The position numbers were made by a program, and so were the translations under genes. Positions 13,238 through 31,062 of a DNA stretch of 64,000 nt are shown piece after piece (the first letter of the stretch is position 1; each line of letters begins with the position of its first letter). Source of the stretch: the human T2T-CHM13v2.0 reference genome, Homo sapiens; the NCBI RefSeq assembly GCF_009914755.1, contig NC_060929.1; one strand, 5' to 3'. Under the pieces are notes generated by a model. It made no database searches. It was not told the origin of the DNA and saw nothing but the letters and a program-made list of their open reading frames with translations.

Positions 13238-14386
13238 TCAGTACTGTAAGTCATCCTTTCTCTCGTAGGGGAAGATGTGTACTTTTTTTTTTTTTTTTTC
13301 TTGAGATGAAGCCAAACTGAAGAAAAACGAACAGAAAAAAGAATCACAGGCCCACAGCTTACATGTCATTCATACAGGCAGGATTCAGGGCCTCGGCTTC
13401 TGCCAAAAGAAAAAGACATTCTACACCCCTATTTCTTAATAATAAATAACGATTTCTACAGCAACAAATGCTTTTAACTCTGCCCCCATCTCTGCTCTAT
13501 GAGCCTTGAAGGCATTGCAGTTTGAGACCTGCGAGTTGGACCTTTGTCTGCCTGTACTTTCTGAGAACTCATGTAAGAATGAAAACACACACATATACAC
13601 ACACACACAAACACAAAAAACAACAAACACCAAAGCATTCTGACATGAAACTCTGGCGCCCATTTCTCTGAGGCAGTACATCATTTTAAAGCTTTTAATT
13701 TCTAGAGTAAGGAGTACATTAGTTGTGCCAAATGAATATTCAAATTGCAGGTACTCCAGGATTTATGCTGATTCTAACTTTGAGGGTTGCACTTTTGAGT
13801 TTAATTTTGTCTTGTTTTAAGCATGGGAGTGAGGGGAAATACAGGAGTGCACAAGTAGGCAAAAGGGCAGGCATGATTGATGGCCATAGAAAGTCCTGAC
13901 AAATTTGTAGTCAATATTGTTTGTCTAGAGAGGATTGTGTGACAAAAGAAGTGTCAGCAGCCACTGAAGTCTCATTCTTCAGGACCCAGCCTCCGAGTTA
14001 GAATAGGGGGCTTGAGTGAAATGCCTGTCACGCTTAATTGGAAAAATCACTCCAGATGAGTGAGAGAGGCTGACAGTTATGCATTACAGAGAGAATTTAG
14101 TGTGTCTTACAAGGTTGATACAGGCACCAAAAGTGACTGGCTTTAGCTTTTCCCTATTAGGACGGCCACTAGAAGGATAAAACCCAAGAAAAGAAGCTAC
14201 TTCTTGCTTCAGATTCACAAGTGCTTGTAAAAGACTTCCACCTTCATTACTTTCATTGTCACGCCGGTCTTTACCTCAATTCCTTTTTTTTTCTTAGGTT
14301 TTCATTCTGTCCTGGCTTTCTTAAATACCAGGGACAATTTCACTGGGCATACAGTGGAGAAAGGGAAACCATAGACTCTTACTCAT

Positions 14387-14436
14387 TCTCTCTCTGTCTC
14401 ACTCTTTCTCTATCTCTCTCTCTGTCTCTCTCTCTC
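14387..14436. repeat. Imperfect (CT)n microsatellite
   Basis: Seen directly. Confidence 0.85.
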
Positions 14437-15764
14437 AGTGTGAATGTTTGCCTGTCTTTGTGGAATTGGTAATGAACATTTCCAGCCATTACTTCCAGTG
14501 CACAAAGGCTAAACTCACTTTGTCATTTGATAATTTGTTTATCTGTCAGCATCTCTCACCCTGAAATGATGAGGCTTTGGGAGAGCTGTGGTTTCTCATC
14601 CAGGTGAAGTCTGAGAGCCTATGGTTCTATAAGGGCTAGAGAGTTTGAGAGCGGAGATGGATAACTTGTTCTCTGAGTCCTGGGAGCCCGCTGTTTCAGG
14701 GCTAGCACCACCAACATTTGGATGCTTGGGTGCAATTTGGTCATGGGTCTCTTCAGTTTAATTTTCATCTTCCTGTTGGGTGTCTCAGCATTTGTCTCTG
14801 TGATCGCATAGATTTTTGAGAGGCTGAGGACGGCTGCTTTGCCTTGAAGCTTCTGAGCCTGTTTGGCCTCCAAGACTTCAGCCACCAAGTTGTTACACAG
14901 CAGTGCTTCCTTTGTGTTGTCCCTTGGTGATGTGTTGTGGTTGGTGGCATTTATGAAAAGGATGTGGCCTTAAAGACTGCTTAATTCCAAACTTGCATAA
15001 TTCAGGCCATATCCTGAACTCAGTTTTACTGTTCATTTGGCCTGCCAGCCTTAAAATTCTTTGATCCTCAGAAAGAATTTAAATTTGAGGCACTTACATT
15101 ACTTCACATTTTGAGTGTGAAGAGACTATATGAATTTTTCATGTTACACTATTTCGAATTTGTGTAAAATATGGCCATGTTAGAATAGTCTATTGGGGTT
15201 TGTGACTGTTAACTCTTACAATTCTTAAAAGTATAATCTAATTCATGGAGCTAAGTTCCTAAATCCTACTCATAGAAATGGGAGTGTAAATCTTTTGTAG
15301 ATGAGTGGGTAAGCTAACAAGACTTGGAAAGTATTTTGAGGTAAATGTTAGGGCTATTATTAATATCTTTATATGGCACAGCCTGAAATGCCTCAGTAAC
15401 AAATTAATTTAGTTGAATTCAATAAAGATTTATTTAGTACCTACCAAGGGCCAGCCCAGCAGAATAGTAGACATTGGAGCTACCACATGGATCAGGAATT
15501 GAAGTCAGTGAGTTGAACTCGAGGACCCAAGAATGGTAAACTCAAGCCAGCCATGTGTGACCTTTAACATTGCAGAATGTATTTATCTTATTCTCTTACC
15601 TTTTAAACTTATTCTTTCATGAAGAAACACATAACACTGCCAATTGAAGTGAGGAGAAATGTAAAAGTATTTCAGACATTTTTGAGAATGCCCAGCGACA
15701 GCATGGAAAGTCTCTATGAATTTTTTTGTTCACGTTTTACCATAACACTTTTAATTTTCACTGT

Positions 15765-15960
15765 TGAGGCTCCATGCCACTTCTAGCTGTGTGTCTTTGA
15801 GCAAGTCATTTAACCTGTCTGTGCCTTCATTTTCCCTTCTGTTAAAAATGAAGAAAATAAAAGTGACTATCGCTAAGGGTTGTTTCAGGGATTAAGTGAG
15901 TTCACATTTGTTAAACTCTCAGAACATCCTGACATATTCTAAATATATGGTACACTACTT
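15765..15960 (+). mobile_element. MIR SINE
   Basis: 'ccacttctagctgtgtgtctttgagcaagtcatttaacctgtctgtgccttcattttccc...gggattaagtgag' matches the MIR core. Confidence 0.8.
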
Positions 15961-16157
15961 TCGATAAATAATATCTTTAAAAAATGTCCTCATCTTTTTT
16001 TTTTTTGGTTTTATTTATGTATAGTATGCTTACACAATGGGATCTTTGTCTATGATATCGAAGACTTTCAATGGCAGCTCATTGTCCAGAATGGCAGACA
16101 TTCTGGTCATTGTCCAGAAAGTTTTAGAAGGTGGAATTTAATGTATTCTGAATACAG

Positions 16158-16220
16158 AACTCAATCCAGATATCAAATTGCCTTGGTGAGATTTACTTCT
16201 CTGGTTAAAGTATGATGCAG
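16158..16220 (+). other. Candidate 63-nt non-coding exon
   Basis: atacag| acceptor and CAG|GTAAAG donor; stops in all three frames. Confidence 0.3.
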
Positions 16221-16479
16221 GTAAAGTTCCAATCCTGATTAATGCAGTTGTGGTCAAAGTTTAATTATATTTTGGAAATGTAGTATTTAAGTGACATCTA
16301 TCACTTAAATACTATCATAAATGCTGAGTCCCATGGTGGTATTGATGGACCTGAAAATATATGTTTTTTCAAGTGCTTTTACAAGTGAAAAAATGTAGCT
16401 AAAATGTTATTTCTCTATTCTATTTAAAATTAGGTTTCTTGGAAAAGCTTTCATTTTCTGAAATAAACATCCCCTTGAG

Positions 16480-17450
16480 CCTGGTGGTATGTATAAATAT
16501 GGATTCACGAAATGTGGGTTTGCTTAAAAACAAGATATGCCCAACGAACTTTGCTTCCTTTTTTGATAGAGTGGGGAGACTGCTGGGGAGGGGAAATTCC
16601 ACAGACAAAATGTGTCTGGATTTCAGGAAGACGTTTGATAGAGTCTCTTATGACGTCCTTGTGGGAAAGATGAAGGTACACGAGCAGAGTGACAGTGAAA
16701 CTAGGAGGCTTCGTGGCCAGTTGGACAGGGATATGTGAAGGGCACTGAATTCCAGGTGGTGCCACTTGGGAGGGAGGCTGCAGGGCTGTCTGTGGACCTC
16801 ACCTTTTTGGCCATCTTGACCTGAGGTTTGGATGATCTCAATCGTGAGGAAAAATTAAGAAACCATATCAAATAAGAATATGAAGTTTAAAGTAAATAAA
16901 TCCTTCATTTTAGTCCAGAACTTTAGTGTGCATTTGTGCTGGGGGGAAGATCTTACTTTCTGTGGGAGAAAGGCTGAGGGTTTTTGTTGGCTGTGGGCAC
17001 CACATGAATGACCAGTGTGAAGCAACTGCTGTAAGGATTAAGGATGCCTTTTAATTAGAAATGATTTTGGTAATAAGGAGGCTGTAGTCCCACTATGCCC
17101 TGCTATAGTCAGACTACATTTAGGGAGTTTTTCAGTACTAGCTATCGCATTTCCATTTTGTGGGGAGAGTTGCTACACAGCTGGAGTGAACCCGGGTAGT
17201 GAAAGGCCTGAAAAGCGACTTAAACAAGGAACCGTTGAAGGACCTTGGGACAGTTTAGCTAGACAAGAGCAAGCTGGGAAAGTGGATTAGTGAGCTGATA
17301 TCTGGTTTCAAATATTTAAAGGAAGGTCAAGTAGAACAGGGAGCAAACTGCTGCATCCCTCCGGTACCAAATAGGGGCTAACAGGGGTGATTTAAGCAAT
17401 GAGAGCTGTTAGATAATAGAATGATTTGCTCATTGTTTGGATGAATTTAA
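16480..17450 (+). mobile_element. CR1/L3 LINE fossil (RT region to 3' end)
   Basis: ORF 16439-16738 reads CPTNFASFFDRVGRLLGRGNSTDKMCLDFRKTFDRVSYDVLV, matching the CR1 RT motif C.TNL.SFFDRVT.LVD.G..VD.VYLDFSKAFDKVSH..LV. Downstream DNA resembles EKDLGV, VPLYSALVRPHLE and the CR1 3' end. Confidence 0.85.
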
Positions 17451-17499
17451 GGAGAGGGAACAGGAAGGCTGTTTAGGAAAGTTGTGGACGTCATATATC

Positions 17500-17745
17500 C
17501 GGAGGGCTAAAAGCATGGGCTTGGGAGCCGAGCAGATTGATGCTTGAGTTCTGGCTTTGCTAGTGGCTGAGTGACCTTGGGCAATGCATTTAATATTTCC
17601 ATGACTCAAGTTTCTAATCTACACAATGCAGAAAATAATAGCACCTTTCTCCTGAGGTGGTTGTGAGGATTTAAATGAAATAATTCATGTGAAATGCTTA
17701 TATTACCTGGCATTGAGTTAATATTCAATAAATGACAGGTATTGC
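17500..17745 (+). mobile_element. MIR SINE
   Basis: 'gtgaccttgggcaatgcatttaat...gttgtgaggatttaaatga...tattcaataaatg'. Confidence 0.8.
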
Positions 17746-19403
17746 TATGACCAGTCCTGATGTGAGGGAGGGCTAAACTAGATACTCTCCTTCCCAAATC
17801 TTATATTTCATATTTCTGTTCAATGTAGGGATTAAAAGGGACAAATGCATCTAGGTCATAGCCCTAGAGAGCCTTTGATTGCTTTCCCCCCCTTTGTTCT
17901 ACTCAGTGCTCCTTTCAACTTCTTGAGGCGTGCATCTTGGGGAAGAAGTGTCAATCTTCTTTTTCTCAAATACATGTCACTAAAAATAAAGTGGCAGTGT
18001 ACTTGAGAAGGTGCGCTCCATTCTGAGGACCCAGGGAGTGTGCTTTTGCTCATGTTCTTGGGAAATGGTAATCATATTATGCAGAAAACCAGAAAAGGAT
18101 ATGCCTAAATTCAAATTGTGTCAGAGATTTTTATGCCTACCAATTTGTTATTGTTTCTATGCCTTGTATTAATATAATATGACTTGAATAAGTATTTAAA
18201 TAATTGTGCAATTAAAAAGAATTATATTCATTGTTAGAGAAAAAAAGGCAAATGCAACAGAGGCGGCATAACCACACATTATGTTTTTATCCAACTTCCT
18301 GGTCGAATCCTGCCACGGTTTGCTGACAGTATGCCCACGCCACATTTTTTGAGAGAAAAAACCATTTCCAGGAGCCTAGCTTTTCTTCATCCTTTCCCAC
18401 AGCCACCTCCTGCCTCTAAAGTGCTTGAAGACACAGTAGGAAGGCACCAGAGGGCATTCTCAGACCATCTATTTTCAAGGAAATACAGCTGGGAAGTACA
18501 AAACAATTCTCCACTTCGGCCAGTTTTGGATGAAATGGTGGTTTCTAACACACACTCAGAAACACTTGGAGTCTGAAAGCTGCCATGCTAAACAAACTGC
18601 CATTCAACCTTGGGGTATCAGCAGAGGCATTTGACTGAGTGATCCCAATTCACAGGACAGTCAACGTTGTCCTCAGAAGCTGGGCAGGCAACATGGGCAA
18701 GCAGAGAAACCTGCCTGAAAATCCAGAGATGTGGGGCTCTTGGTTCCAGCATTAACTGCTTTTTGACCTTCAGCAAATTACTTTGTGCTCCAAATCTTAG
18801 TTTTCTCATCTATAAAAGGAAGATACGAAAGAATACATGAAGATCATTTTGAAGTCTAACTCTCAGTGGTTGAATTCCTTTCTTTTTTTACTCTCCCTCC
18901 CTTCCTTCCTTCCTGATTAAAGGAGAAACTGGGATATACTAATACTGTGTTTGGAGTAGGTCTGCTCTGACCTTCTAGTGCTGAAGAGACAGTCTCTGAG
19001 GATTGGCAACACACACTGCTCATTGTCGAGTTGAAAGCTGAGCACTCAGGCTTTGAGTGGCTTTCAGGTTTATTCAGGCTTTTCTGACTGGGGCATGCTT
19101 ACCTTCTTCGTTGGAACAGCCATGGGACGTATATAGTCTAGCATCTTGGAACATTGACTCTACACAAGAATTCTGGAGAAAAATATGACATTTTTAGTGT
19201 TAAATAGAGATATTATGGAACATAGGTTAAAATTTTGCGTGCATTTTTACTGTGAAAAAAGACTTTAAAAATGTGGGATCTGTAGTTGGATGCTTTGGGC
19301 TGTACTTTTGTATCTCCTAAGATTAGAATTATCTCTTTGTATTATTTGGAGTGTATTGGAGGGAAATTTTAGGAAAGCTTACCCCTTGGGGTACGTTTTG
19401 AAT

Positions 19404-20065
19404 GTGTCTCAGGCTGGGTTCCCTTGAAGCAGAGCCTGAGGCAAGCATTTAGCTGCATGCAATTCCCTGAGGGCATGGCATATTCTTTAGGGGGAAAAAC
19501 CTACTAATAAGAGAGAGATGCAGGAGAGGAAAGGGCAAAGAGCTGTACAATGATGTCTTCTCAAGGACTGTGATCTGATTCATTGTGTGCGTGTGGGTGG
19601 GTTCTGATGAATGATTCACACCACAGAATTGACTCACCTTGAGGCAAGGGGACTGGAATTTTGTACACCCATATCAGTTGGTCATTATTTACAGGTAACC
19701 ATAGGTGAAGCCTGAAAGGCGACAGTCTTCAGTCAGGAGGCAATTCCCCAGAGAAAGGAACAGCTATAAGCTGTATGTAGTCATGGTGTGCTAGAGTCAG
19801 CTCACCACAGCTCACGAGTGCTGTGTGCACATCACTTCCCAAATGCCCTTTCTGTGACTTCACCCTGACAGCTTGCAATCGGCCAGGACAGAAGCATTAC
19901 ATCATGAAAATCAACAAAAGCTACAAATCCCAGGCCTTACACTCCACAGGCAGCCAGATGTTAAACGTTTACCAGCATGGCCCTGGCCAACCTTCTCTGT
20001 AGCGAGAGGCTGGTGTCCTAGCTGGTGAAGGGGATCGGAGGAGGGCACCAACAGCATCTACTACA
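19404..20065 (-). mobile_element. ERVL-type solo LTR (LTR33/LTR16-like), interrupted
   Basis: Begins tgtctcaggctgggttcccttgaagcagagcctgagg and ends acagcatctactaca, resembling the reverse complement of these LTRs. Confidence 0.55.
19782..19985. mobile_element. hAT MITE (MER63-like) nested in the LTR
   Basis: 'tggtgtgctagagtcagctc...gtgcacatcacttcccaa...ttaaacgtttaccagca' resembles MER63. Confidence 0.55.
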
Positions 20066-20663
20066 TTGGAGTTACAGAGGATTTGCCCACAAATGATCTC
20101 CCCAACTAATTCGTCAGTTGGCAAAGCCATTCCTTTAGGGGTTGCCTTTCCTAGCCGGAAGAGGAGATGTATATACTATTGAGAATCATAGAACCAAGAG
20201 TCCACCACACTCCAGTCAAAACGACTGATTATGTTTTATAAGTGCAAGAGAAGGGCAGAGAGGAGGTGAGGAAAGTGTGTCATCGGAATTACCTGCAGTA
20301 AGGGGCAAGAAAGGGCTTATATTGCCTGAGGACAGAATTTAGAATAGCATTGATGCTATAGTATTTTTTTGAAGATTTTTTTTTCTCAGAATTTATTATT
20401 TAAAACACTGCACTTGACTGACTTCATTGATAGTTAGACTTTTTATTGTAAAATATTTATTGAGGAAAATTTCAAATATACATAAAATATATCTACAGCT
20501 AATGAAGAGTATAATAAACCCTCACCCCTCAGATTCAAAAATTATTAACTTATAGCCAATCTTCTTTCATCTATATCTCTACTCACTTCCTCTTGGGAGC
20601 ATGGGAAGTTTTGGAGACTTAGTTAATTGGATAAAAGTTGATTGTGGCTAGAAAAAAGCCAGA

Positions 20664-21302
<639 letters not shown>

Positions 21303-21832
21303 AGGCAGATTTGGGGAATTTACCAAGGACTGTGGGAAAGGATTTGGTAGACGGAAGACACAGCAGCTAATGGACCACTTTCCCTAACCTATTAGGATCT
21401 ACTAGGAATCATTAGAAGATATATGAAATGCATTACATGAGACCTGTATTCTGATTAACCTCACAATTTTTATCTCCAGCTCTTCCTAAAATGAAAAACC
21501 AGTGATGAAAAGAGAGTTACAAATTTCCTATAAAAGGAATTCAGTACGTCTTTGCTCTCTGAATACTTCTTTTTCCCCTGGGCTTTCTCTCTTCAGGTAG
21601 ACAAGAGAAAAATGTCAAGACGATTTCTGAGTACAAATTCTAAATGATATTCCATCCTAAAGCAAGGCTTGTTGCCTCCATAACAAGATAAGAATCTTAA
21701 TTCTTATTTGATGGGCAAAGAAATGTTATTAGAAAACAGAAGCAAGCTTGGACCTTCTTGTGACATGGACTTACGGTGATGGATTATGCCTATATACAAT
21801 ATTCATTTTTCTTTTTCTCTTTCCTTTCACAG

Positions 21833-21886
21833 TCTTTGTTGATTTGAGATAAGAGATGGCTTCTCACATTTTTCTAAGAATAACAG
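21833..21886 (+). other. Candidate non-coding exon
   Basis: Very strong acceptor (tttttctttttctctttcctttcacag|); weak donor CAG|GTTTCC. Confidence 0.25.
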
Positions 21887-22127
21887 GTTTCCTTCTCTGC
21901 TTTCTGGCCATTCTACTTTCCCTCTTACTGGTTGCAATTCCAAAGATAACACACATGTGAGTGCTTGACAATCTGGAGTTGAAAGAAGTTGTTATGGGCC
22001 TCAGGAAGCACATGTTTGAAAAATTAATTAATTCATATGAATTAATAAACTAGGGAAAGCTTGGTTCAGTCATAATATATTTATCACTAGAACCTTCTAC
22101 CAAGGACAGTTGGAAGCAGACAAATGA

Positions 22128-22551
<424 letters not shown>

Positions 22552-23004
22552 TTGTCTAGCTAGTTTCTAATAAAGTGGCTGAAGCTACTTTGTTGGAACT
22601 GCCCAAGAAAGAGCCCTGTCCTTTATTCATGTGGGGAATCTGAGAAAGAAGCTCCCGAATGCTATAGACAAGTGCATGAGCTGTTTATTGACAGAGGGTT
22701 TTCACTTGCCAGTTGCATGGAAGAGGTTGTTGACAGGTTGTGGATAAAAGGCAGAAAGTAAAAGAAAGCATTCTTTCCTAAGGGATGGTTATGAATGAAG
22801 ATTGGAAAAGGCTGTGCAAGCATCGATTCCTACAACTCATCTCTTCTAGCTAGTAAATCTTGAAGATGAATTTAAGTTTAAAATTGACCATAAGCTGGCT
22901 GAATTTCTGTTGAGGTTTTTCCACAGTTATTGGGAATCAGACTTAATTCTTTCAGTGGGTTTCTTGGCCTCTTTACTGGAATCCATTTTTCATTGTTTCT
23001 TTTT

Positions 23005-25776
<2,772 letters not shown>

Positions 25777-25929
25777 CATTGTTTCTTTTTCACTGAAATG
25801 TCATGATGTGAAAGTAAAAACAATTTGCAATCAAGGTACATGAATATTTCTGACTCTTATCAAACAAAAAATAGAATAGTATTGAACATGTGCATGTATT
25901 TGTGTATGTTAGCAGAAACTGAACTATTT

Positions 25930-26212
25930 TTTAAAATAGACTTCTTTAAAAAGACTTTTTTAGAGCAGTTTTAGGTTCATAGCAAAATTGGGAGGTATCC
26001 TATATATCCCTGCCCCGCCGCATGCATAGCTTCTGTCATTAACATCATCCATTAGAGTGGTACATTTCTTATAATTGATGAACCTACATTGATGCACCAT
26101 AATCACCCAAAGTCCATGTTTAGACTAGGGTTCACTTTGGGTCTTGTACAATCTATGAGTTTTGACAAATGTACAATGATATGTATCTGTAGTATCATAT
26201 GGAATAGTTTCA
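25930..26212 (-). mobile_element. Old L1M 3'-end fragment
   Basis: 'ttttagagcagttttaggttcatagcaaaattg...gatgaacctacattgatgcaccataatcacccaaagtcc...tttgacaaatgta'. Confidence 0.8.
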
Positions 26213-27387
26213 GGATTTCATTTAAAAATACCTTAATTCTTATATAACTTTTGTTCTCTCAGGCTGCCCCTAACTTGTCCCTAGACCAAGTATGGTAACT
26301 GCATGTTACAATATGCATATAAGTTCATGTTATAAAAAGTGCAATTAGATCACCAATTTTTGTAAGAGAATGTACTTGGTGACACCGAGGGGAAAGAATT
26401 TTGAAATGCAAAGTTGTTACCCAAAGCAACAAAATCCACTGGCAGAATGAAAATGTTAGTGTTCACTTAGCCCAAGTGGAGGGCCCCTTAAATTCAGGAT
26501 CATTGTTGGGCATTGATTCTGAGTAGAGGCCAACAGACACGGGTCTTCGCTCTTTTACAAGAACCTCCTTTGGGTTCCTTTGGAACTTCTGTGACCCAAG
26601 TTCTTTTAAAAGGAGAAAATATAATCACCTGGGAATAAGTTCCAATCAACCTGATTCATATTAGCTTGTCTTTCAGGTAGAACAAGCACCAGTATCTTTA
26701 CTTTTCCCCAGTGGTATAATAAAAGGGGATAGTCTCAGGTAGCCTCCGTGACCAAACCCTAAATCTTCTTTGACAGTAGATAATGTGGCAATGGCTTTAA
26801 TCGCTCTAAAATGTTAACTGTGCAATGAGTTTATGATCTAAAGGCAGAATGAAAGGAACCCAGATTTCTAATTTTGCACCTAATTTGTTGCGACAGGTAT
26901 AAAGGGGAAATAGAGGATTAAGATTAAATGAAAGATAGAAAAATGTAGATTAGGGAAGTGCTGGGATATTAATTTCAAAAAACAAATAGTTAAAAACATG
27001 TGAAGTGCTGCTGAATGTATGTATCAATTCTTTTGTCCATTGGCAAGTGTATCAGTGGTAATCAATCCCCACATGGCACAGGGCAGCACCGTGAAGGAAG
27101 AGCCTTGGCTCTGAGGCTCAAGAACTAGCAGAAGTACATCTGGAACTAGAGCAGATGCATCCTGTACCTACCCCGTGGGGTTGCTGAGAGGACTAAAGGA
27201 GATAATACTGTGTGAAAAAAGTACTTTGTGAGCTACAAAGCTCTAGCTAAATACTAATTATTATTTTAATATAAGAATTGGTACTTATTCCAAAAGATCT
27301 TTTGATAAGACTAACATGAATGAAGCAAACTGCATATAATTAAATTTTAAAATTTTAAATGGAACTATATAGATGGATGATTTCTAA

Positions 27388-27939
<552 letters not shown>

Positions 27940-28459
27940 TAGATGGATGATTTCTATAGGAGACTAGGGATGAGAAAAATCCAGGTAAGCTGGAGTGCTT
28001 TGCAAATGCTCAATGGAAGAGAAGGGATTTGAGCTTGTCTTTGAAATGTGAATGGAATAAACCAGGAGAATAAACCAGTGGGGTAAAGGCAGGGAGAACT
28101 TTAAGGCAATGTAGGTAGAAATGGAGAAGGTGTGTTTTGGGACCTTTGAAGAAACAGTATTCATTCATTCATTCATTTGTTTATTCATCCAACAATCCTT
28201 TATAGGCTCCAACTCAGTGTCAAGTGCTGGAGACACAAAGGCAATAAACCAAGGTCTCTGCCCTTAGGGAGGTCAAGTCTGGTGCACACGTGTTGAAAGT
28301 GCTGAACAGGACAGCCCAGGTGGGGGTGCAGATCTCCAGGAAAGCTATTCAGTGAGGAAAAGTGGGCTTGTACTGTGTGATTATGGTTAAGGAACATGAG
28401 AGGAAACTTGTAGAGCCTGAAAAAACACCAAAGTGAAAATTAAGGTTTAATTTTTATAC

Positions 28460-28797
28460 TGTTATTAACATAAAATTAGGCACATTGATATTGTAATAAG
28501 TTTATTTGAACAGATAGCAATTCATGAATTGGGCAGCACCAGACTGTAAGCAGTTCAGGGTTCCCCTGAAGGTGTGAAAAGATAAACTTTTATAATGTGT
28601 TTTTGAAAACAAGACAAAGAAAAGATTTCATTGGTTAAAGTGGAAAGTCCCTAGCTAGAGGTGAGTTGGTGGTTTCTGATTAGTTAAGCCTAAGTTTTGT
28701 TTTACTGCTTGCAGTGAGTTAGGTTTCTGTTTGCTTATATAACCCAAGGTGCTGGAGCCATCTCAGCCTAATGGCTTCGCAATTAATTGTTTTAACA
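28460..28797 (-). mobile_element. ERV solo-LTR-like element (family uncertain)
   Basis: TGTTA...TAACA termini; the minus strand starts tgttaaaacaattaatt...ccattaggctgagatggctccagc and carries an AATAAA near its 3' end. Confidence 0.5.
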
Positions 28798-31017
28798 GAG
28801 TCCAACTCCCGACTATCAGTGGGCCCTCGGATTTGTTGCCTAAATTTTCCCATCGTTGGTTTCTTTAAATGAGGGAGTCAGTGTAGATGGTATGGATAGT
28901 CTGTGTCTTTCCTTGATGTATTGCTAATGTGAGGATTTGAGGTACCCAGTATCAAGGGAAAAGGGGAAGGGTAAAGAATTAAGAGTATAAAGAAAGAAGT
29001 GCAGAGAACTGAGAAAAGTTTAGAAAACAGAAGAATGAGGAGAGCAGGGATCAGTGGGTAAAAGCCACAAAAAGATTATTCCAAAAAGAATAGGGAACAC
29101 ACTCAAATTAAAAGTAGTAGACGACAAAGACGGGGGAGAAAGTGGGTCCTATCAATAGTGGGTGGCAGCTGCCATGGAATGGAGGCTTGAATGCCTGCTC
29201 TACTAACTGATTACTGAATGATGTCAGGCAACTCACAGCCTCACCTGGTTGGTATAAAGGTTTCCGAAGATAATACAGCAAGAAGCACCTGGCACATAGT
29301 AGGACTCAGCAAATACTCAAATACATTTCACCTAGGAAGATGTGATATATTTTAACTGTAAATACAAATAATTAATGAGGGTAAAACTAATTAGTGTATG
29401 AGTTTAAAATAAGGGACTGTAAATAAAGCAGAGCAAATGGAAGACTGGGTGGGGTAGTTGTGTGCACTAAAAGGTCAGTGTTTCAACATACTAAGGGTTG
29501 TTTATTGTGTTTCTTCATTCTCCAAGGCAGTGATATTTACTGATGAGGTAAAGCTAATAAGCATCTATTTGATTTTCCTGCCAGTAGCACCCTGACGTTG
29601 CCCACCTGCTGTTTCCCCCTCTGAGGTCACTTAATTAAGGAGTATTTTTTATGTGACACCTCATTAGGTCCTCCAGGATGCCATGCGTGGGAAGCTGTTC
29701 TACAAGGGCCCTCATATACCCCACACGTGCTAGGGCTGCCTGGAAGAAACACTCCTAACCCAACAAGACCCTGCATTTAGCAGCCCTTTGAAGGCCAGAT
29801 CTGTGTGGCCACAGGCCTGGCTCTTGGTCCAAATAGCAGCTGCCGTGGTTGTCCTTTGGGTTAAGACATGACAGTCATGAAGAGGTGTGGGTTTGAGGGA
29901 CAGCAGATCATAAAGCACTGTAGCCACAGCAATGGTTTGGTGATTTATGTCTGTGTGACTGAGCCAAGGGGCTGACAAAGGAAGAGATATTCTATTCTGG
30001 CATTTTATATCAGAGGGAACTGGAGATCTATAGATGCTGCTACTTGTGGGCTGTGAAAAGCAGGGCTTTTTTTTTTTTAATTTGAATTTAATTAGGTTGT
30101 TTTAGCTGAAACTGGAAGTCAGGAATTGAATCAATGTCTCCAAACCTAGTTTAAGTAATAGAAGAATCTATTCAACCTGGCTCTGTCTGGAAAGCTTGGA
30201 CTTGAATTTTTTATTTTATTAACAACTTTATTCTCTGCTATTTGCCAAACTTTGGTTCAGGCATTTTGCTGAGTTGAGAACTATGGAAATTTGTTGTAAT
30301 TGGAGGGGAAAGAATCACATGTGGTTTCTTCCAAACCTTTTTCCAATTCTTTTGTTTTTTTTGTTCCGAATTCCATGGGAAAATTACTCAGAACGGTTAT
30401 TTTCTCCTTTAATGATGCAACAATGCTTGGTTTGATTTGCCTGTTTTTATTTTCTAGCTGCATTATAATTACATTTTCCCACATGACTTATTTTTTTCTT
30501 CCAAATTAGTAGATATAAAATTCTGATGGTTCTTTAGGGAGCTAATCTTCAGAGATTCTCTTCTTGGGCTATCCTTTGTATGGGAATAGATGATGCTGGA
30601 CAGCCAGGCCCCTGCCTGCCCGCTTAGTGGCAATCCATCACCCCAGGCCTTTTAATTAGCAGTTGCAGGTGAATCACTAATTGGACCTACATTTGCATAC
30701 GTAAGCCAGAAATTTGCAGGTTTACGTTTATAAATCTTAGTCACACAGGCAGGGCAGAAATATTAGCGTTCATCCCTCATCCCTTATAATTGCCTCATCA
30801 GCTCTTTACAATGGATTTTCCTATCTTGGTACTTGTAAGTGGGTGAAAAATGACTTACTTTATTAATTTGTTAGAAAAAAGAGGTGTTTTTTGAAGAAGA
30901 AAGGAGTAAGAAAAAAACAAAGAAAAAGCATTTAAACAGGGCTCCTTTAGGCAGCAGCAGGGAGACATGGTGCTTGAAAACTAGCAGCTGGTTTAATTTT
31001 TTTATTGCTTTGAGTTT

Positions 31018-31020
<3 letters not shown>

Positions 31021-31061
<41 letters not shown>
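31021..31061. repeat. (GT)20 microsatellite
   Basis: Seen directly. Confidence 0.97.
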
Positions 31062-31062
<1 letters not shown>

